From the human T2T-CHM13v2.0 reference genome, Homo sapiens, in NCBI RefSeq assembly GCF_009914755.1, contig NC_060931.1: a DNA stretch of 64,000 bases; one strand, 5' to 3'. How positions within the stretch are numbered: position 1 is the stretch's first letter; each line of letters opens with the position of its first letter. A model generated the notes under the pieces. The model was not told where the DNA came from. It searched no databases and saw only the letters and a list, made by a program, of their open reading frames with translations. The position numbers and the translations under genes are program-made. This document shows, one piece after another, positions 57,698 to 64,000 of the stretch.

Positions 57698-57726
57698 CAA
57701 AAAAACAATGTTTTAACAACAACTAT

Positions 57727-58008
57727 AGTAGCCTCCACCCCTTATCCGTGGCATAAGTTCCAAGACCCTCAGTGGATGTCTGAACGGTACCAAGCCCTAC
57801 CTGTATTGTTTTTAAAGTTTAATTTAATTTATGAATTAGGCACAGTAAGAGATTAATAATAGCTAATAATAAAATACAACAATTATAACAATATACTGTC
57901 ATGAAAGTTAAGTAAATATGGTCTCTCCTTCTGTCTCTCAAATGTGGTATCACCGTCCGCGCCTATTTTCCGTTGGCGGCTGGCTGTGGATAACGGGAGA
58001 TGACTGTA
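57727..58008. mobile_element. Second MER44-like element
   Basis: ccccttatccgtggcataagttccaagaccctcagtggatg ... ggataacgggagatgactgta; homologous to 11941-12255. Confidence 0.75.
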
Positions 58009-58708
58009 CTGCCAAGAGTACTACCAGCGCTACTATTGTCATCATCACTGAAATCTGGCAGCTCCTCTATTCCAAAAGATACAACTGCTTCTTCCAGCTT
58101 AAAACGGGTGGGAAAACATACAAATCCAGGCAGTCAGCAGTCATGAGACAGGAAAAGACTAAAATACGACAAGCCAAGTAGCCCGCCCACCAAAACGGGA
58201 GCCAGGGGATCATGTTCTAGATTTAACGTCACCATCGTTTGTGATGAGAAACTACTTTTCATTCTTTTGCTTGTTTCCTCATTGTTAAAGATAAAGTTAA
58301 TGTTGTTCTGCCCCTTCTTACCTCATCAACAGGGTCAAAGGGATGAAGAAATAACTAACATAGTATTAGGGAATGCAGCCAGCCTTTGGAAAATATTCTC
58401 TCAGCAAAAACAGCACCCCCTGAGCAGTTAGGAGGTCTGTTCCACCATCCTTAGACTAATGTTTCGAAATCAGCAAGGCAGTGTTTATGAGAACTTCTGT
58501 GTTCTTCTGAGGGGCACACTGCATACTCTCTGGTATGGTCTACACTGGGGGTATACAGAGTGGTCAAGGGCCCTGAGAAGGCTATCAAGTACACATCTGT
58601 CCATCTGGAAAAGCCTTCTCATCTCAGAGCAATCTGAGGGACTCAGGCCAGCTGAGAGCAGCATCCCATCCTCCAGGACAGAGAAAACCAGGGTCACCTG
58701 CTCACTAG

Positions 58709-59012
<304 letters not shown>

Positions 59013-59499
59013 CTTTTTTTTTTTTTCCTTTTTAAATAACAGTTTTACTGTGCTATAATCCATGTACCATATAACTCATCAATTTGAAGTGTACAACTTA
59101 ATGATTTTTAGTTGGCACTTATCCTAAAAATCTTCATTTCTGACACCCAGGGCAGAGCAGATGAATCCATTCTGCCTCCTTCATCTCTCTCCTGCAGCAT
59201 CAATTTGGTGCCTATAACTTCCACTTCTGCCTTGAACCACTGAGTCAGACGTAATGATGACCAAAGAGTAGTTGAAAGTCTCCTCCAGACCCAGCTGACC
59301 AGGACGGTCTGGTTAGAGATGCTCCCTGATTTTCCCCTCAGGACCTTGTCTGTCTGCCGTTGGAGACCATGCCTAGTTCTACCAATCCACAAACATTTGT
59401 TCAGTGTGTTTGTTTGTGGGGGAAACAAACTTTAAGAAGCAGTATCTGACCCCCAGAAACTCAGAGTCTGGCTAGAAAGACAAATGTATGGATAAAAAA

Positions 59500-62160
59500 A
59501 ATACTTACCACCCACTCATGATTTTAAAAAACCTTTGCAAACTAGGAACAGAGAAATGCTTCAACTTGATAAAGAACACTGACAAAAAAACATACAGCTA
59601 ACCTCATAATTAATGTGAAAGACTGAATGCTTTCCCTCCAACACTAGGAAAAGACAAAGATGCCTACTTCTGCTACTGCTATTCAACATGGTTCTGGAAG
59701 TTCTAGCCAGTGCGACAAGGTAGGAAAATGAAATAAAAGATCACACAGCTCAGGAAAAGCAGGGGGGAAAACAAATAGATTAGACACACAAAAAAAGAAA
59801 ACACACAACTAAACCCATTTGCAGATAAAAAGATGATCTATGTTGAAAATCCCAAAGTAATCTACCAAAAAAACTCCTAGAATAAACAAATGAATCCAGA
59901 ATAGTTGCAGGATATAATGTCAACACACGAAATTCAATTGTCTTTCTATATACTAGCAATGAACATGTGGAAAGTGAAATGAAAGATGTACTACTACTAA
60001 CTATCACTAAAAAAACGAAACAGGTATAAATCTAACAAAATATGTGTAGGACTTATGTGCTGAAAACTGCAAAATGTTGAGGAAAGAAATTTTCAAAATC
60101 TAATAGATATACCACGGTCACGAATTAGAAGATTCAACACGGTACCAATATCCTTAAATTAATAAACAGGTTTAGCACAATTTCCATAAAATCCCAGCAG
60201 GATCTTTTGTAGATATAAATATGATTATTTGAAAATTTATATGAAAAAGCATTAAATTAGCTAAAGCAACTTTGAAAAAGAAAAGTGGGAACAATCAGTC
60301 TATCTGATTTTAAGACTTATTATATAGCTATGATAATCAAGACTGTGTGGTATTGGTGAGGTGACAGACCCACAGATCAATGGAACATAACAGAGAACCC
60401 AGGGATAGCCCCTGATACAGCTAGGTAATTTTTGTAAAAGTGCAAAAGCAATTAAAAAGAGGAAGCCTGGTCTTTTCAACAAACGCTGTTGGAGGAAGTG
60501 GACTTCCACAGGTAAAGAAAATTGGGGGGAGCGGGGGAGGGGGTGGGGAAGAACCTTGACCTAAACCTCACAGCTTATACAAAATCAAATCAAAATGTAG
60601 AACTATATATAACATAGGAGAATATCTTCAGGATGTAGGGTGTGCTCAAAGTTCTTAGATGTGACTCCAAATACATGATTCACACGAGAAAAATTATCAA
60701 TAAATTGAACTTGATGAAAACGAAAATATTTTGCTCCGCCAAAGACCCTCTTAAGAGGCTGAAAAGAAGCTATGAACTGGGAGAAAATATTTGCCAACCA
60801 CACATCTGCCATATCTGACAAAGGACTCATTTAGAATATACAAGGACATTCAAAACTCAACAGTTAGGCCAGGCACAGTAGCTCACGCCTGTAATCCCAA
60901 CACTTTGTGAGGCTGAGGGGAGAGGATCACTTGGGGCCAGAAGTTCGAGACCAGCCTGGGCAACATAGTGAGACCTCGTCTCTACAAAAATATCAAACAA
61001 ATTAGGCAGGCATGGTGGCACACGCTGATAGTTCCAGCTACTCAGGAGGCTGAGGCATGAAGATAGCTTGAGCCCAAGAGTTTGAGGTTACAGTGAGCTA
61101 TGACAGTGCCACTGCACTCCAGCCTGGGTGACAGAGCAAGATCCTGAGATACATACATACATACTCAACAGTTTAAAAAGCAAACAAATCCAGTTAGAAA
61201 ATGGGCAAAATTCAGCAGGTCACAGAATGAAATGAAGAGAAAAAAAAAATTTTTTAAAGAAAATGGGCAAGACATGATGAGATATTTCACTGGAGAACAT
61301 ATATAGGCAGCAAATACACAAGTGAAAAAGATGTTCAAGATCACCAGCCATCAGGAAAAAGCAGATCGAGACCTCAGTAAGATACTGCTGTACACCTGTT
61401 AAAGCAGCTAAAAAACCAACCACCAAACCAAGACAACCAGCGGCAACACCAAGCGGAGGTGAGGAGGCGGAGACCCCGGACCTCTCATACACTGCTAGTG
61501 GGAATGTCAAATGGCACAAACTAGAAAACAGTTGGGTGGATTTATAACTACTAAAAATGCAACTCCCATACAGCCTAGCAGCTGTACTTGGGTATTTATC
61601 TCAGAAATTTGAAAGCTAAGTCCACACAAAACCCTGTAATGTTCACAGCAGCTCTGTTCATCATAGCCCCAAACTGGAAGCAAGCTGTGGTGCACCATAC
61701 CATGGACCATTACCCAGCAACAAATGGGAGTTCACTACGGAAATGCAACAACTTGGATGAAGCTCTAGGATGTTATGTTAAACGAAAAGTCAGTCTCAAA
61801 AGATCACGCACTATGCGATTCTGTTTAATAACATTCTTGAGGTGACAAGATTACAGAGATGGACAAGAGATTCATGGTTGCCAGGGGTTAGTAATGGGAA
61901 AGACAGGGGGAGAAGTGACTAGAAAGGGGCAACACGAGGAGATCTTTGTGGTCTGGACTGTGGTGGTGGTTACAGAAACCTACACAGGTGAGGAAAGGGC
62001 GCACAACCACACACAGTGTCCCAAAGCCCGTCTCCTGACTTCAACAGCATACTGAAATTATGTCTGTCATAACCACTGGGAAAAACTGCCTGCCTCTCTG
62101 TACTATCTTTGCAACCTCCTGTGAACCTATACTTATTTCAAAATAAAAAGTTTTTAAAAA
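59500..62160 (+). mobile_element. Old L1M (ORF2 3' half to poly-A) with AluJ 60866-61165
   Basis: ctattcaacatggttctggaagttctagccagtgc and atttgccaaccacacatctg; ends ttatttcaaaataaaaag. Confidence 0.8.
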
Positions 62161-64000
62161 GTTAACTAGCGACCACGGCAATGTAAGTTCCAACGATGTG
62201 ATGTGGAGAGGGAGGGTTAGCAGAGGCCGAAGGCAAAGAGATAGTAGGGAAGGGAGGCTTGCTAAAACCCTAACTGGAGGTGGGCCTCAGACGGAGCTTT
62301 CCGAAGGGTGGGTTCATCTGAGCGAGTGGCAGTGGTGGACTGGAATCTACCTAGAGGGAAAATGTGACTTGAATAAACTCTCCACTTTCCTTCCTCCCGG
62401 CTCCCCCACTGTGATTCCTCCTCCGGGTCCTCATCTCCCCACTTCCTTTGACTACACCACACCAAACTCTTGCCTTTCCAAAAGGACAAAACCAAAAAGG
62501 TTCAAGAACCCAAGGAAACAAAGGCAATTCCTCTTTTCCCCACTATGCACAACAAAAACTATCTCGGCACGGAGAAGGTAGCACACAGATTTCTCTGGCG
62601 AGGTCTCGGGCAAAGGGTCTCGGTGCCTTTGTACAAATCAGAAAAACGCTCTCCATCATCCAGGCAGATGCGGCCCAGCCTGGCAACAGTGGCTTGGATG
62701 GGGTTTCAGCCTCCATGCCCTCCCAATCAAGTCACCAACCCTCCCGCTATCCGGGAAGGCCCTGCTCGTCCAACTCAAATACAGAAATTGGGTCCGACCC
62801 ACCAGGTATCTATTCAGGTGCTATTTTTACAAATGAAAAGTTTAGCTTCACAAGGAGTACAATCTCACTCAGAAGTTAAATCAATAACCCCTAGGAAGTT
62901 TCATTTTTATGTCAAAGACGAAGTCAGGGGGCCAGGTAGGACTTGGAAGGCCAAAGGTCACTTACGAAGACTGCAGGACTGCACACACCAGGCCTTCCCC
63001 AACTATCAGGGTGAACATAGGTTTGGCTTAAAAACACACACACGCAAAACTGGCCCATGCAACAGCAGTCTATTCCCACCGCACAATCCGCCCAAGCAGG
63101 CTGGAGCTGGTCCAAATGAACTGCACCCAACCACAAGAAAAGACTCCTCCTTTCCCTTTTTCAAAACACAAGAAAGGTGGCTAAACTACTGATGAGCTTT
63201 GAACAGTTAAGTAGTAGTTTTGTAAGCTTTGTAGTTACAGTCCATTTTCCCTTCCTTTGAAGGAAAAAAGGCATTAAAAAAAAAAGATGTCTCTCTTTTG
63301 CCCTTTTACATTTATTCTAGTCAAAAACTGCTCTCTGCCAACTTTGTTCTGAAAATCCACATCTGAGTTCCAGCGAAGTTTTCTACTTGGGGACATTTGG
63401 CTAAATTCTGAGTCCCCTTTTCTTCCTTTTTAGAGAGAGACGTAAGCTCTCTCTGGAGTTTAAAGCCTGTAACAATAATGTATTTACCGTACTTTTGCAG
63501 AACTGATAGTTACACTTTTACCATTGTTATATAGAATTGCTAAAGTCTTAAAAGTAAAATACTAGTATAGGAGGCATATTATAATAAACCTCTTACTCCT
63601 GTCCTTTTCCAATGAAAGACCAATTTTCTAAAACACAAAAGCCAAGAAAATCCTAAAACTCACATACACTTAAAATAAATAAGAACGACAACTCATTCAA
63701 GTCTCTTTAATAGCTAAGAGAAAAATCCTTTTTTCAGTAATGGTATTACTGAAGTATTAATTGTTTGAATAACCATACATTTTATTTGGTTACCCAAATA
63801 TAAACGGTTAAAGTCTCAAGCAGTTTGATGACTTCATCTCAATACAATGTCACACTTCAAACTGTTCAGACAGCATATTTTTAAGACAACTTATAAATCC
63901 AGCAACTTAAACTTCTAGTCAAAGTATAGATTCCCTCTCTGCTGGGGATGTAGATTTTTTTTGGGGGGGTGGGGGGTGGGGTTCAATTTTGCTGGATGAA

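Noticed and set aside
62470-63192. 240-aa plus-strand ORF
   Set aside because: It starts at TTG, is antisense to GNA12 intron 1, and has no recognisable domain or splice context. Probably a chance ORF.

Overview
Human (primate) genomic DNA from inside GNA12 (G-protein alpha-12, chr7p22), which is transcribed on the minus strand. The only canonical coding exon is exon 2 (56712-56497; 216 nt; phase 0 at both ends; [11 protein letters not shown]...RRSEFQL). Positions 56713-64000 are intron 1 and 1-56496 are intron 2; exon 3 lies beyond the left edge. A CpG-rich block at about 23.8-24.9 kb holds a probable alternative first coding exon (99 codons, phase-0 donor). The rest is mostly repeats: a full-length but inactivated L1PA4/5-like element with 14-bp TSDs nested in an older L1M, about 40 Alus including a consensus-like AluYa5, L1M/L2/MIR/MER/MLT relics, an ERV-L integrase-dUTPase remnant, a 5'-truncated RPL17 retrocopy and several microsatellites. 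The best new hypothesis concerns the L1, which lies antisense to GNA12 and keeps an open long-form ORF0 (107 aa). That ORF0 crosses a phase-0 splice donor after codon 84, so the L1 antisense promoter could produce an in-frame ORF0-Galpha12 fusion. Other leads are candidate poison/cryptic exons (one with its stop codon inside a perfect hairpin), a chain of antisense (+) exons possibly belonging to AMZ1, an ARE/AP-1 cluster and unusual retrotransposition scars. No novel system is proven. Repeat subfamily names and boundaries were assigned by eye and are approximate.
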